In this document: in pieces, positions 39,708 to 50,100 of the stretch | Position numbering within the stretch: the first letter of the stretch is position 1 | How the letters are laid out: the number at the start of each line of letters is the position of its first letter | Translations under genes and position numbers: made by a program | NCBI GenBank assembly: GCA_965207225.1 | Contig: CBDBLV010000005.1 | Coordinates: 608,001 to 672,000 of the forward strand | DNA length: 64,000 bases | From: Dehalococcoidia bacterium | GTDB lineage: Bacteria; Chloroflexota; Dehalococcoidia; Plut-88900 | Direction of reading: 5' to 3' | The notes under the pieces: model-generated | Told to the model about the DNA's origin: nothing | Seen by the model: the letters and a program-made list of their open reading frames with translations, nothing else | Database searches by the model: none

Positions 39708-41312
39708 ATGACTACTACCACAAAACGGCTGACTCTCTACGACACTACTCTTCGTGACGGCACCCAGATGGAGGGAATCTCCCTCTCCGTCGAGGACAAG
39801 CTCAAGATTACGCGCATGTTGGACAAGCTCGGCGTCGACTTCGTAGAGGGCGGCTGGCCCGGCTCCAACCCCAAGGATGCCGAGTTCTTCGAACGCGCCC
39901 GTGACCTTGAACTTGAAAACTCCACCGTCGTAGCCTTCGGCGCCACCCGACGCGCCAATGTAAGCGTCGACCAAGACCCCCAGATTGAGGCTCTGCTGCA
40001 GGCCGAGACCAAGGTGATAACCCTTGTCGGCAAGAGTTCGGCCCTCCACGTCCGTTCCATCCTCGAGACCACCCCCGAGGAAAATCTCGACATGATCGCC
40101 GACTCCGTCCGCTACCTTAGAGACAAGGGCCGGCGCGTCATATTCGATGCCGAACACTTCTTCGACGGCTACCGGGAAGACCCCGACTACGCCATCAAGA
40201 CCGTCCAGGCCGCCCACGATGCCGGCGCCGAGTACGTCGTCCTTTGTGATACCAATGGTGGCCGCCTCCCCTCGGAAATTTCCGAAATCATCAGCCAGGT
40301 TCAGAAGGCAACTGACGCTAGTCTGGGCATCCACGCCCACAATGACGCCGACATGGCCGTTGCCAACAGCATCGCCGCCGTCAACGAGGGCGTCGCGCAG
40401 GTCCAGGGGACCATCAACGGCTACGGAGAACGCTGCGGCAACGCTAACCTCGTCTCCATCATCGGCAACCTCAAGATCAAGATGGGTATCGACTGCATTT
40501 CAGACAACCAGCTGTCTCATCTCACTGAGGTCTCTAGATACGCGAGCGAACTCGTGAACCTCCCTCCCGACGAACACCAGCCCTACGTCGGCATGAGCGC
40601 TTTCAGCCACAAGGGGGGTATGCATGTAGCAGCCGTGAACAAGCTTGAAGAAAGCTACCAGCACGTCCCGCCCGAGCTCGTGGGCAACACCAAGCGAGTC
40701 GTTGTGTCGGAGCTATCCGGCCGGGGCAACATCGCTTACAAGGTCAGGGAGCTGGGTATCGACGTTGACCTGGGCCCCGACGGCACAAAAGAAGTCCTGG
40801 GCCGTATCAAGGACCTCGAGAGCAAGGGCTTCCAGTACGAAGGCGCCGAGGCCTCATTTGAGCTCCTGGTCAGACGGGCTCACAGCGGCTATAAGCCCCC
40901 CTTCGAGCTGGTCGACTTCATGGTCCTCGTGGAAAACAGCCGCCGGTCCCCCAGCATGACCAGCGATGCCGAGCCCTACCTTCTCGCCGAGGCAATGGTC
41001 AAAGTCAAAGTCGGTGAGGAAACAATCCACACCGCCGCCGAGGGCAACGGCCCCGTCAACGCTCTTGACCTCGCCCTCAGGAAGGCCCTCCAGCAGTTCT
41101 ACCCCCGGCTCTCCGTCGTCCAACTCTCGGACTACAAGGTTCGCATCGTAGATGAAAGCTCGGGAAGTTCAAGCTACATCCGCGTGCTGATCGAGTCCAC
41201 AGACGGCGCCCGGGTCTGGAGGACGGTCGGAAGCTCCACTAACGTGATAGAAGCTAGCTGGCTCGCCATGGCAGATAGCCTGGAATTCTGGCTAATCAAA
41301 AACCAGGACTAG
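39708..41312 (+). CDS. cimA: Citramalate synthase
   Basis: DTTLRDGTQ.EG, EGGWPGSNPKD, DAEHFFDG, LCDTNGG, HKGGMH, TVGSS.NVIEASW. Confidence 0.93.
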   Translation: MTTTTKRLTLYDTTLRDGTQMEGISLSVEDKLKITRMLDKLGVDFVEGGWPGSNPKDAEFFERARDLELENSTVVAFGATRRANVSVDQDPQIEALLQAETKVITLVGKSSALHVRSILETTPEENLDMIADSVRYLRDKGRRVIFDAEHFFDGYREDPDYAIKTVQAAHDAGAEYVVLCDTNGGRLPSEISEIISQVQKATDASLGIHAHNDADMAVANSIAAVNEGVAQVQGTINGYGERCGNANLVSIIGNLKIKMGIDCISDNQLSHLTEVSRYASELVNLPPDEHQPYVGMSAFSHKGGMHVAAVNKLEESYQHVPPELVGNTKRVVVSELSGRGNIAYKVRELGIDVDLGPDGTKEVLGRIKDLESKGFQYEGAEASFELLVRRAHSGYKPPFELVDFMVLVENSRRSPSMTSDAEPYLLAEAMVKVKVGEETIHTAAEGNGPVNALDLALRKALQQFYPRLSVVQLSDYKVRIVDESSGSSSYIRVLIESTDGARVWRTVGSSTNVIEASWLAMADSLEFWLIKNQD

Positions 41313-41408
41313 CCATTCCCGGGTGCAGGCCGCTCGCCCTGAGCGGAGTCGAGGGGTTGAGCGGGGGCGGCACAGTATTGCCGGGTCCTCAAGTGGCCCA
41401 ACCCCACC

Positions 41409-41846
41409 TCACCCCCCTATACCCACATCCTCCTCCCTGATCTCCCCATCCTCAATGTGAAATCCCCTCACCTCTGGCGATTCCGGGTTCCTCAAGGACA
41501 CCAGGAAATAAAGCACCCCCGGCCACAGGCTCTGCTTCTCCCCCGACGCCTCATCCACATAAGTTGCTAGCCTCACATCCGTCGGCGAAGGATACGCTTC
41601 GCTGAAAGTGTGCGAATGGTAGAAACCCAATATCTCCCACCCCTCCCCATCCACCTCTTCGAAAATCCTGAACTGCTCCTGCGGGTCCATCACGTACTTC
41701 ACCGGGCTCGGCTCCGCATTCCGCACCCTGTACACCCGCTTCACCTCCCCACCCGACCCCGCCAGCATCCCGCAGCATTCATTGGGTGCATCAGCCTTCG
41801 CGTGGGCGATCATCTCGTCCGCGTGTTCTTTGCTTAGCCTGAACAT
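41409..41846 (-). CDS. JAB/MPN (M67, Mec-like) metallopeptidase
   Basis: PNECCG, YHSHT.SEAYPSPTD JAMM motif. Confidence 0.9.
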   Translation of the reverse strand: MFRLSKEHADEMIAHAKADAPNECCGMLAGSGGEVKRVYRVRNAEPSPVKYVMDPQEQFRIFEEVDGEGWEILGFYHSHTFSEAYPSPTDVRLATYVDEASGEKQSLWPGVLYFLVSLRNPESPEVRGFHIEDGEIREEDVGIGG

Positions 41847-41869
41847 CTACTCAACCCGACTCCTGAGAT

Positions 41870-42919
41870 TTATCCGACAACGTGAATTGTCTCGGGGTGC
41901 TCCGCGACCACCTCCCCAATCACCCTAGCCCCGACCACCCCATGCTCAACAAGCGCCCCCATCAATTTATCAGCCCTCTCTTCTGCCACCGAGATCAGCA
42001 GCCCCCCCGAGGTCTGGGCATCGGCCATCAGCACTTTCATCGCCTCGGGGATATCCCTTTCCCAGACCACCCTATCCTTTAATGAAGCCAGGTTTCGCTG
42101 CGTCCCGCCGGGTGCTATGCCCGCCTCTGCCAGCTCCCGTGCCCCGGGAATTAAGGGCACCTGTCTAAGACTAATTCGGGCCCCCACCCCGCTCCCCTCC
42201 ACCATCTCCCGCAAATGCCCCAGCAGCCCGAAGCCCGTAATGTCCGTGCAGGCATTCACCCCAACCCCGACCATTGCCTCCGACGCACTTTTGTTCAGTT
42301 CCGCCATCAGCTTAACCACCCGACCTTCCGTCTCCGCATCCGACTTCCCAGCCTTCAAAGCCGTCGTGATTATCCCCGTGCCAATCGCCTTGGTCAGCAC
42401 CAGTCTGTCTCCGACCCTCGCCCTGGAGTTCGTTATCTGTTCCCCTGGCCTCACCAGCCCCGTCACAGACACCCCGTACTTGGGCTCCTCATCGTCTATC
42501 GTGTGCCCCCCGCCGATGATCGCCCCGGCCTCGGTCATCTTGTCTGCCCCGCCCTTCAGGATTCTGGCCAGGATCTCCTTCGGCAGACCTATCGGAAAGC
42601 AAACGATGTTTAGCCCGATGAGCGGAGTGGCACCCATCGCGTAGATGTCGCTCAGCGCATTCGCCGCCGCTATCGCCCCGAACCAGTACGGGTCGTCCAC
42701 TATGGGAGGGAAGAAGTCGACGCTCTGCACCAGCGCGACCGAATCGCTCAGCTTGTAGACCGCGCTGTCATCCGCCGTCCCCGATCCCACTAAAAGGTTC
42801 GGGTCATCGACTTTCGGAAGGCTCTTCAGGACCTGCACCAGGTCCTCGGGGCTGAACTTGGAAGCTCAGCCCGCGCAGTGGGCCAATTCAGTTAGGCGCA
42901 ACTCTTTAGCCTTAGCCAT
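41870..42919 (-). CDS. selD: Selenophosphate synthetase, selenocysteine-containing
   Basis: Upstream in-frame ATG at 42919 gives MAKAKELRLTELAHCAG-UGA(42868-42866)-ASKFSPEDL; DFFPPIVDDP, ANALSDIYAMG, GGHTIDD, TDITGFGLLGH, DAQTSGGLL. Confidence 0.95.
42828..42846 (-). promoter_or_regulatory. Bacterial SECIS-like hairpin
   Basis: AGGACCUG-GUG-CAGGUCCU starting ~20 nt 3' of the in-frame UGA. Confidence 0.75.
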
Positions 42920-43032
42920 TTTCTTACTGGGAACCTATACCTCGGACCGCGTTGAGATTATAGTCGACAAACCCCATACACGCGAGTTGAGCACTAAAGT
43001 GGGGATGCTCTGCAGACGGAGGAACGGAGGGG

Positions 43033-43389
43033 CTAATACAGAATAGCGTGGGTCGGGACCAGCTTTTGTGCGACCGGGTCCACCGCCAAAAGAAGTATTT
43101 CCAGCGTCACAGCCCCAAGCAAAGGCGCCGTATCCTCCGCCCCGAAAATCACAGGGCTTATAGCGCTGGAACCATTTATGGTCACGCGCACTTCCCCGAC
43201 ATCCATCTCTTCTCGATGACCATCGGCCATTTCAAACGTGGCTTTTCGACTTGGCGAAACACCTAGCTCTTTGAGCAGGTTAATGGGCAACATCGAATAG
43301 GTAGCCGCAGTATCTACCGTGGCCTCAATATCTCGCGACAGGTTGTCGTCCAACGAGGAAATACGCAAAGGACAATTGAATACATCCAT
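43033..43389 (-). CDS. Clan AA (retropepsin-like) aspartic protease
   Basis: A.VDTAAT, ADG, LLGAVTLE...VDPV; 118 aa. Confidence 0.75.
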   Translation of the reverse strand: MDVFNCPLRISSLDDNLSRDIEATVDTAATYSMLPINLLKELGVSPSRKATFEMADGHREEMDVGEVRVTINGSSAISPVIFGAEDTAPLLGAVTLEILLLAVDPVAQKLVPTHAILY

Positions 43390-43432
43390 GCTAAGAGTTT
43401 AGCACATTCAGTTCACGAAATGTAGGCAGGAT

Positions 43433-43927
43433 TTAGCTCCCTACTGGCCCGCCGCCCTCGCCCGTGAACTTCCACGCATTCTCCCCCACCCCCGTCACCC
43501 GCCAACGCGGCATCACGTACTCCGAATCCTCCGACTTCTCGAACACCACCTCCACCGGGTTCCCGATCGCCACCGCTTCCTCATCGTCCGTCAGCACCCC
43601 CACAATCCTCGTTATCGAACCATCCTCGTTGGTGCAGTCCGGCAGGTCTATGACTGCCGTGATGTACGGCACTGCGGGAACGAATGGCGCCAGGATCGGC
43701 TGCACGACCACGTTATAGCTGTAAATCACGCCCTTGCCCTCAGTCTCATACCACCCGAGACTCATGGATGTGCAACCCGGGCACGCGGGAAACGGTGGAA
43801 AGAACTTCCGGCTGCAGTCGCTGCACTGACGTACCAGCAGCCGGTCTTCCTTCGTCGCGTCCCACCACTCCTTCGTGTCCGGGTCGGGCTTGACGTTGAT
43901 CAGGGAATAGTCGATTGGTCCGGGCAT
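43433..43927 (-). CDS. DUF35 Zn-ribbon/OB-fold protein
   Basis: WWDA...L.VRQCSDC...FPP...CPGC...G.G.IYSY.VV...PY. Confidence 0.9.
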   Translation of the reverse strand: MPGPIDYSLINVKPDPDTKEWWDATKEDRLLVRQCSDCSRKFFPPFPACPGCTSMSLGWYETEGKGVIYSYNVVVQPILAPFVPAVPYITAVIDLPDCTNEDGSITRIVGVLTDDEEAVAIGNPVEVVFEKSEDSEYVMPRWRVTGVGENAWKFTGEGGGPVGS

Positions 43928-43933
43928 TGAAGC

Positions 43934-45157
43934 CTACCTCCTGATGATCATGGCGCTGCTCTCGGTCTCCGTGCCCCACGCGAGGCAGGCGGCAATCTCC
44001 GCCTTCTTCAGCTGGCGGCAGCCCTTGTCTCGGTCGTACGTGTGCTTACCCTCCGCCCACTCGGGGCACGAGTCATCCGTCCGATGCCTCAGTTGCCGCA
44101 CGTTTTCTATCACCATCGCTATCCCATGCGTGTACCCCTCGGATAGGTGGCCCCCCGACAGATTGGACGGCAGCTTCCCGTCTATCTGCAGCGTACCTCC
44201 CTCCACGAACCCCCCGATCTCTCCCACGGGCGCGAACCCGTACCCTTCCAGCAATATGAGCGACGTGAACGTGAACGCGTCATACGCCGAAACGAAGTCT
44301 ATGTCGTCGTGCGTCACCCCCGACATCCCGAACAGCCGGTGCCGGCCGTAGTTCGCCCCAACATAGTGGATCTTCTCCCGGTTCCACCTGTAGGACGCGT
44401 CCGGCGTCTGTGTCCGGGCCGTGCCTCCCATGATGAACACAGGGGGCTGCTTCAAGTTGTATGCCCACTCCCGGGGCGCGACTATGATCGCTGCTGCCAC
44501 GTCCGTCTCCAGGCAGCAGTCAAACAGCCGGAACGGCTTCGATACCCACCGACCCTTCAGGTAATCGTCCATCGAAAGGGGCCGGTCGTAGAAGATAGAC
44601 TTCGGATTCAGGTTTGCATGTCTCCTGTGCGCCACCGCCACCTCCCCCAGGTGCCTGGAGGTCAATCCGTAATCACGCATGTATCTCATGCAGGTAAGCC
44701 CATGGTGCTGGGCCGGAGTCGTGAATCCCCACGCATCCCACATGTCAGATATGCTCGATACATTCGTCACCGGCGCCGGCCCGTCCGGGTCCTGGCCCCC
44801 GAACCTCAGCCCCGACCTCCCGTTCATCGAACGGAATATCACCATGTTCCGGCAGTACCCCGCCTCGATCAGCCCGATGGCGTGCGCCACCAGCGTCTCC
44901 GTGCTGTTGCCGCCCCCGATGATGTCCACCGCGTAGTCCAGCCGGATCCCGAGGGACGACGCCACCGCCGCTGAATCGCACGAGTCCCCGTACTGGTACG
45001 AGGTCATCCCGCTGATCTCCGACGGGTCCAGCCCAGAGTCCGCCATCGCATTCCGCACCGCCTCGCAGGCCATCGACAGCGTCGTACGGCCCGAAGGCCG
45101 CATGTGCGGGGTCTCGCCCACGCCCACTATGCAGTATTTGTCCGTTAGTGCTCCCAC
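43934..45157 (-). CDS. Ltp2/SCP2-type thiolase-fold protein (probable aldolase)
   Basis: IVGVGET, HANLNP, FDCCLETD, YDAFT, GGHLSEGYTHG; no catalytic Cys. Confidence 0.85.
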   Translation of the reverse strand: MGALTDKYCIVGVGETPHMRPSGRTTLSMACEAVRNAMADSGLDPSEISGMTSYQYGDSCDSAAVASSLGIRLDYAVDIIGGGNSTETLVAHAIGLIEAGYCRNMVIFRSMNGRSGLRFGGQDPDGPAPVTNVSSISDMWDAWGFTTPAQHHGLTCMRYMRDYGLTSRHLGEVAVAHRRHANLNPKSIFYDRPLSMDDYLKGRWVSKPFRLFDCCLETDVAAAIIVAPREWAYNLKQPPVFIMGGTARTQTPDASYRWNREKIHYVGANYGRHRLFGMSGVTHDDIDFVSAYDAFTFTSLILLEGYGFAPVGEIGGFVEGGTLQIDGKLPSNLSGGHLSEGYTHGIAMVIENVRQLRHRTDDSCPEWAEGKHTYDRDKGCRQLKKAEIAACLAWGTETESSAMIIRR

Positions 45158-45164
45158 GCTGCCT

Positions 45165-46388
45165 CTACCTCCTGAGAATCATTGCGCTGCTCTGCCCCTC
45201 GAACGACCACGCCAGGCAAGCCGCAATTTCTGCTTTCTTTAGCTGGCGGCACCCCTTGCTCCGGTCATAGGTGTGTTTTCCCTCCCCACATCCCGGACAC
45301 GCATCGTCTGCCCGGTGCCTCAGCTGCCGGACGTTCTCTATTACCATCGCTATCCCGTGCGTATACCCCTCCGACAGGTGCCCACCCGACAGATTGGACG
45401 GCAGCTTGTTGTCTATCTGCAGCGTCCCGCCCTCCACGAAGTCCCCAATCTCCCCCTCGGGCGCAAACCCGAACGCCTCCAGTAGAATCAGCGATGTAAA
45501 CGTGAAGGCGTCGTACGCCGACACGAAATCTATGTCGTCATGCCCCACCCCCGACATCCCGAACAATCTATTCCTCCCATAGTTCCCGCCCACCTTGTGG
45601 ATCTTCGGCATACCCCACGGGAACGCCGCACCCGGCGCCTGCACTCGTGCCGTGCCCCCCATGATGAACACTGGGGGCTGCTTCAGGTTGTACGCCCACT
45701 CCCGGGGCGCCACTATGATCGCCGCCGCCACATCCGTCTCCAGGCAACAGTCGAACAGCCGGAATGGCTTGGAAATCCACCGCCCTTTCAGGTAGTCCTC
45801 CATCGAAAGTGGCCTGTCGTAAAAGACTGCCTTGGGGTTCAGGTTCGCGTGCCGCCGGTGCGCCACCGCTACCTCGCCCAAGTGCCGGGAGGTGAGGCCG
45901 TAGTCGTGCATGTACCTCAGGCAGGTGAGGGAATGGTGCTGGGCGGGCGTCGTGAATCCCCAGGTTTTGTCGAAGTCCCCGACTCCCCTGATGACAGGTA
46001 TGGATGCCGACCCTCCCGGGTCCTGGCCCCCCGGCCTCCGCCCCGACCGGCCGTTCATGGACCGGAAAATCACCATGTTCCGGCAGTATCCCGCTTCAAT
46101 TAGCCCGATGGCGTGGGCCACCAGCGCCTCCGTGCTCGACCCTCCCCCGATGATGTCCATCGAGTAGTCCAACCTCATCCCCAGTGCTGACCCCACATCC
46201 TTCGAAGCACACGAGTCGAAGCCCTGGTAGGACGTCATACCGCCTATGTCCGAGGCTTCCAGCCCTGCATCGTCCAGCGCTTTGCGCACGGCCTCACAGG
46301 CCATGGACAACGTCGTCCGGTTGGAAGGGCGCATGTGAGGAGTCTCCCCCACGCCCACTATGCAGTACTTGTCGGTCAGGGCTCCCAA
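45165..46388 (-). CDS. Ltp2/SCP2-type thiolase-fold protein (tandem paralog)
   Basis: Same motifs as 43934-45157. Confidence 0.85.
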   Translation of the reverse strand: MGALTDKYCIVGVGETPHMRPSNRTTLSMACEAVRKALDDAGLEASDIGGMTSYQGFDSCASKDVGSALGMRLDYSMDIIGGGSSTEALVAHAIGLIEAGYCRNMVIFRSMNGRSGRRPGGQDPGGSASIPVIRGVGDFDKTWGFTTPAQHHSLTCLRYMHDYGLTSRHLGEVAVAHRRHANLNPKAVFYDRPLSMEDYLKGRWISKPFRLFDCCLETDVAAAIIVAPREWAYNLKQPPVFIMGGTARVQAPGAAFPWGMPKIHKVGGNYGRNRLFGMSGVGHDDIDFVSAYDAFTFTSLILLEAFGFAPEGEIGDFVEGGTLQIDNKLPSNLSGGHLSEGYTHGIAMVIENVRQLRHRADDACPGCGEGKHTYDRSKGCRQLKKAEIAACLAWSFEGQSSAMILRR

Positions 46389-46609
46389 AGCGCTACAACC
46401 TTAAACCATTTCCCCCTAGCTTTCCACAGGTCTAGGGTGAAGCTAATAGCTGTTCTTACCCTTGTTCGGGACCTCTGGATAACCTGTGAACATAGGGTCT
46501 GGGCCGCTCATGCTGAGGCCCTCGAAGTATGAGTGGGGGGGTCGTACGGGCCTGGATAATGCGCCCAATTGGCCTATATCTACAGTTACGCAAATGCGCC
46601 GTGACTCGG

Positions 46610-47911
46610 TCACGGAATATGCGGAGCTGGCTCTGTCCCTATATGCCCCTCCTCTTCCAGCTGCCTAACCCGCTCATCGTCGTATCCCAGTAGCTCCCTG
46701 TACACGTACTCGTTCCCGTACCCCAGGTGCGCCGGAGGCTTCCGGATAGCATTAGGAGTCTTTGCCATCTTCCACATGAACCCGACATGGTCGTGCACCC
46801 CGAGGTCCGGGTCATTCACCCTCTCAAAGAACCCCCGGGCCTCGATGTGCGGATCGGAATGTGCCCCCCTCTCGTCCAGCACCGGCGCAGCCCCCACCCC
46901 GACCTCCTGCAGCCTCTCCATCACTTCGTAATTCGTCAGAGCTTTTGTCCATTCCTCCAACTTGCCGTCTATCTCTTCCTGGTTCTGCCACCTACCCAAC
47001 ACTGTCCTGTATTTCCTCTCCTTCACCCATTCCGGCTCCCCCATCGCCCGACACATTGCCTCCCACCCCGCATCGCTTCCCACCGATATCGCCACCCAGG
47101 AGTCCTCTCCCTTGCACCGGTACACCCCGTGCGGCGCCATAGACGTATGCCCGTTCCCAAGCGACGACCTCACCCTCCCGTTCATCGTGTAGTCCATGAT
47201 CGGCGCCGCTAGGTACGGAATGAAGTTCTCGCACAGCGGTATTTCGATTAGCTGTCCCTCTCCCGTGCGCCTCCGATGCCTCATGGCCATCAATACTGCC
47301 ATCACTGCGCTATATGCCGCTCCCGCATCGCTCTGGTTCGACTCGGGCCTCTGCGATATGTCCGTGTCCCGGTATCCCTTCAGCCAGCTGTGACCCGCCA
47401 CCCCCTCCACGTGCTGGCCCCACGACCGGTACCTGTGGTACTTACCCTCCAGCCCGAACGCCGGCATCCTCACCATGATGATTCCGGGGTTGTGCTTCTT
47501 CAGTTCAGCATACGTCAGCCCAAGCTTCTTCATCGTGTCCGGCATGTTGTTCTCTAGGAACACGTCCGCCTTGGACACCAGGTCCATCAGCACTTCCAGC
47601 CCCTTCTCCCGGGTCACGTCCACTGTCATGCTGCTCTTGTTGCGGGCATGAGTGTTGAACAGCGCCCCCCTGTCCCATGCCCGGGCCTCCGGGTACCGAC
47701 CCGCATACCCGTATCCCATCTCTATCATCATCTGAAAATACTCTTTGCTCGGCTTCATCAGCCCCGTCCGAGTCGTCGTGCCCAGGAACTGCGTCGACTC
47801 CACGCGAATCACGTCCGCGCCCCAGTCGGCCAGTATCTGCCCGGCATGAGGCCCAGCCCACACCACCGTGACTTCCAGCACCCTTATCCCTTCGAGAGGT
47901 AACTTACCCAA
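46610..47911 (-). CDS. Family III CoA-transferase (CaiB/BaiF)
   Basis: PLEGIRVLE..WAGP...LADWGADVIRVE, RNKSS, ADVFLEN, GEGQLIE. Confidence 0.92.
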   Translation of the reverse strand: MGKLPLEGIRVLEVTVVWAGPHAGQILADWGADVIRVESTQFLGTTTRTGLMKPSKEYFQMMIEMGYGYAGRYPEARAWDRGALFNTHARNKSSMTVDVTREKGLEVLMDLVSKADVFLENNMPDTMKKLGLTYAELKKHNPGIIMVRMPAFGLEGKYHRYRSWGQHVEGVAGHSWLKGYRDTDISQRPESNQSDAGAAYSAVMAVLMAMRHRRRTGEGQLIEIPLCENFIPYLAAPIMDYTMNGRVRSSLGNGHTSMAPHGVYRCKGEDSWVAISVGSDAGWEAMCRAMGEPEWVKERKYRTVLGRWQNQEEIDGKLEEWTKALTNYEVMERLQEVGVGAAPVLDERGAHSDPHIEARGFFERVNDPDLGVHDHVGFMWKMAKTPNAIRKPPAHLGYGNEYVYRELLGYDDERVRQLEEEGHIGTEPAPHIP

Positions 47912-47927
47912 TCGCCTTCTCCAACAC

Positions 47928-49121
47928 TTAAACGACTCCCGCCTGCCTCAGTTTTGAAAGCTCTTCCCGGCTATAGCCCAGCATCCCGCAATACACTTCC
48001 TCATTGTGCTGCCCCAAAGTCGGTGCCGCCGACTTCACCTGCCACGGTGTCCGGTACATCTTCAACGACTTCCCGGGCATCGTCATCTCTCCCGCGATCG
48101 GGTGTTTGACCTGCGCCCACATCCCCCGTTCCCAGAAATGACCGTCGCTAAGCAGATCTTCGGTTGTGTTTACGACCCCGGACAACACCCTCTTCTGCTG
48201 CGCGATCTCCCAAGCCTCCAGTTTCTGCTTGCCGTATAGCCAGGAGATGATTATCCCGGAGATCTCTTCGATGTTCGCCGGGTCCCGTCTCCCTTCCGGC
48301 GTATTGAACCGCGGGTCCTCCATTAGGTCCTCCCGCTCAATCAGCCTGCACACCCGGTCGAACCCGAACTCTCCTCCCAGCAGGTTGATATACCCGTCCG
48401 AACACGGAAAGGGCCCCGACCCTATGCCCATGTGGTCCAGGTTCCTGTCCCCCACCGTACCCGTGTACGAATACGCCAGCAGCTTCGCCGCCCGACGGTC
48501 GATATTCCCCAACTGTACCTCCGCCGCCGCTATGTCGATATAGTCCCCTTCCCCCGTGGCCTCCGCCCTGTGGAACGCCACCATCCCCGCCGTTGCCGCT
48601 GCCAGCCCGGTGTGCAGGTCCGACACGTTGTTGGCCGCGTTCACCGGCTCTCGCTCCGGGTTGCCTGTGAAGTACATCGGGCCGCCGAAAGCGTAGGGTT
48701 GTATCTCGTAGCTCTTGTAGTCCTTGTAAGGCCCACTCTGCCCGAAGGGCGTTATCGACACCGCGACCAGCGCCGGGTTGACCCTCTCCATCTCCTCGTA
48801 GGTCAGGCCCAGGCCATCCATCACCCCAGCCCCCCTCCCCTCCACCACCATGTCCGCCCAGCAGAGCAGGTCCTTCAGTACCCTCCGCCCCCGCCCCGAC
48901 TCCAGGTTCAGCGTGATGCCCTTCTTGTTGACGTTCAGGTACTGAAAAAGCCCGCTGGTCTCGGGATTGGGAATGTCCCCCAGGAAAGGCCCCGACATCC
49001 GCAGCGGGTCCCCATGCAAGGGCTCCACCTTGATAACCTCGGCCCCAAAGCAACCCAGTAACCTCGTGGCATTCGCAGGCGGAATCCCAATGCCCAGGTC
49101 CAGCGCCTTCACCCCTTCCAT
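47928..49121 (-). CDS. Family III CoA-transferase (start uncertain, may extend to ~49172)
   Basis: GAEVIKVEP..GDPLR, LNVNKKGITLNL, ITPFGQSGPY, APTLGQHNEEV. Confidence 0.9.
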   Translation of the reverse strand: MEGVKALDLGIGIPPANATRLLGCFGAEVIKVEPLHGDPLRMSGPFLGDIPNPETSGLFQYLNVNKKGITLNLESGRGRRVLKDLLCWADMVVEGRGAGVMDGLGLTYEEMERVNPALVAVSITPFGQSGPYKDYKSYEIQPYAFGGPMYFTGNPEREPVNAANNVSDLHTGLAAATAGMVAFHRAEATGEGDYIDIAAAEVQLGNIDRRAAKLLAYSYTGTVGDRNLDHMGIGSGPFPCSDGYINLLGGEFGFDRVCRLIEREDLMEDPRFNTPEGRRDPANIEEISGIIISWLYGKQKLEAWEIAQQKRVLSGVVNTTEDLLSDGHFWERGMWAQVKHPIAGEMTMPGKSLKMYRTPWQVKSAAPTLGQHNEEVYCGMLGYSREELSKLRQAGVV

Positions 49122-49290
49122 AGCGCGCGGGGGCAGGAAGGCATCGAGCTTATGGGTGTCCAGGTATGGCAACGGTTGCGCTGGGAAGGTGGTCGGGTTC
49201 CGGGGATTATAGCATCGGCATTGTGCCAAATCGGGCTTTAGGTACACCCTCCCGTCTGTTAGAATCACCCCATCCACCCGAGGTAATTTC

Positions 49291-50064
49291 ATGGGCTTCG
49301 TAACTGTAGAAGGCAGAAACGTCCACTACCAGTTCCCGTCCCAGGCCGAGGCCCGCGTCCGCCAGGGCCATAACGTCCTCATGGTTCACGGCGCCGTCGA
49401 CAACCATCTCGTCTGGCGTCACCAGCACGCCTACCTTGAGCGTGAACACACCCCCCTCTCCATCGACCTCCCGGGTCACGGAGACTCCCAGGGGCCCCCC
49501 ATCGACACCCCCGCCGACTTCCGGCACTTCATCAAATCCTTCGTCGATGTCATGGACCTCGCCCCCTTCGTATTCGCCGGCCACTCTATGGGCGGCTCCA
49601 TGGCTCTGGACTACGCTATCCACCACCCCGACGACGTGACAGGCCTCATTCTGGTAGGGGCCGGTGCTCATTGGGAGCTGTCCGCCGAGCACCTTGAACT
49701 CTGGACCACCGACCCCGAGCGTGCCCAGCGTGAAAACGTCGCCCTCCTCTTTTCGAAGAAGACCTCTCAGCGCCTCGTCGACGAATACGCCAAACAGCTT
49801 GCTGCCCAGGGACCCGGGACCTGCACCGCCGACTTCCTCAATTGCGACCGCTACGACCTCCTCGGCCAAATCAATCAAATCCAGGTCCCGACCCTCGTTG
49901 CCGCCGGAGACGAAGAGGAATGGCTCGAAAATTCCCGAGAAATCCACGACAGTGCCATGAACACCACCTTCGAGATAATTCCCGCCGCCGGTCACGCTGT
50001 CATGATCGAGCAGCCGGCCCTCCTGAACGAAAAATTCGGGGCCTACCTGGAATCCCTGCCCTGA
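49291..50064 (+). CDS. Alpha/beta hydrolase
   Basis: VHGA, DLPGHGDS, GHSMGG, AGH. Confidence 0.92.
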   Translation: MGFVTVEGRNVHYQFPSQAEARVRQGHNVLMVHGAVDNHLVWRHQHAYLEREHTPLSIDLPGHGDSQGPPIDTPADFRHFIKSFVDVMDLAPFVFAGHSMGGSMALDYAIHHPDDVTGLILVGAGAHWELSAEHLELWTTDPERAQRENVALLFSKKTSQRLVDEYAKQLAAQGPGTCTADFLNCDRYDLLGQINQIQVPTLVAAGDEEEWLENSREIHDSAMNTTFEIIPAAGHAVMIEQPALLNEKFGAYLESLP

Positions 50065-50100
50065 AGCCCTTGTCCGTAGTCACATGAGTTGGGGGAACAG

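Noticed and set aside
41870-42919. selD as an N-truncated gene or pseudogene
   Set aside because: The stop is a UGA exactly at the catalytic position with a downstream SECIS-like hairpin, which indicates recoding
46389-46609. DnaA-box-like sequences (tttccaca, tctggataa, cctggataa) suggesting oriC
   Set aside because: All are mismatched, there is no AT-rich unwinding element or dnaA/dnaN, and the skew does not visibly switch here
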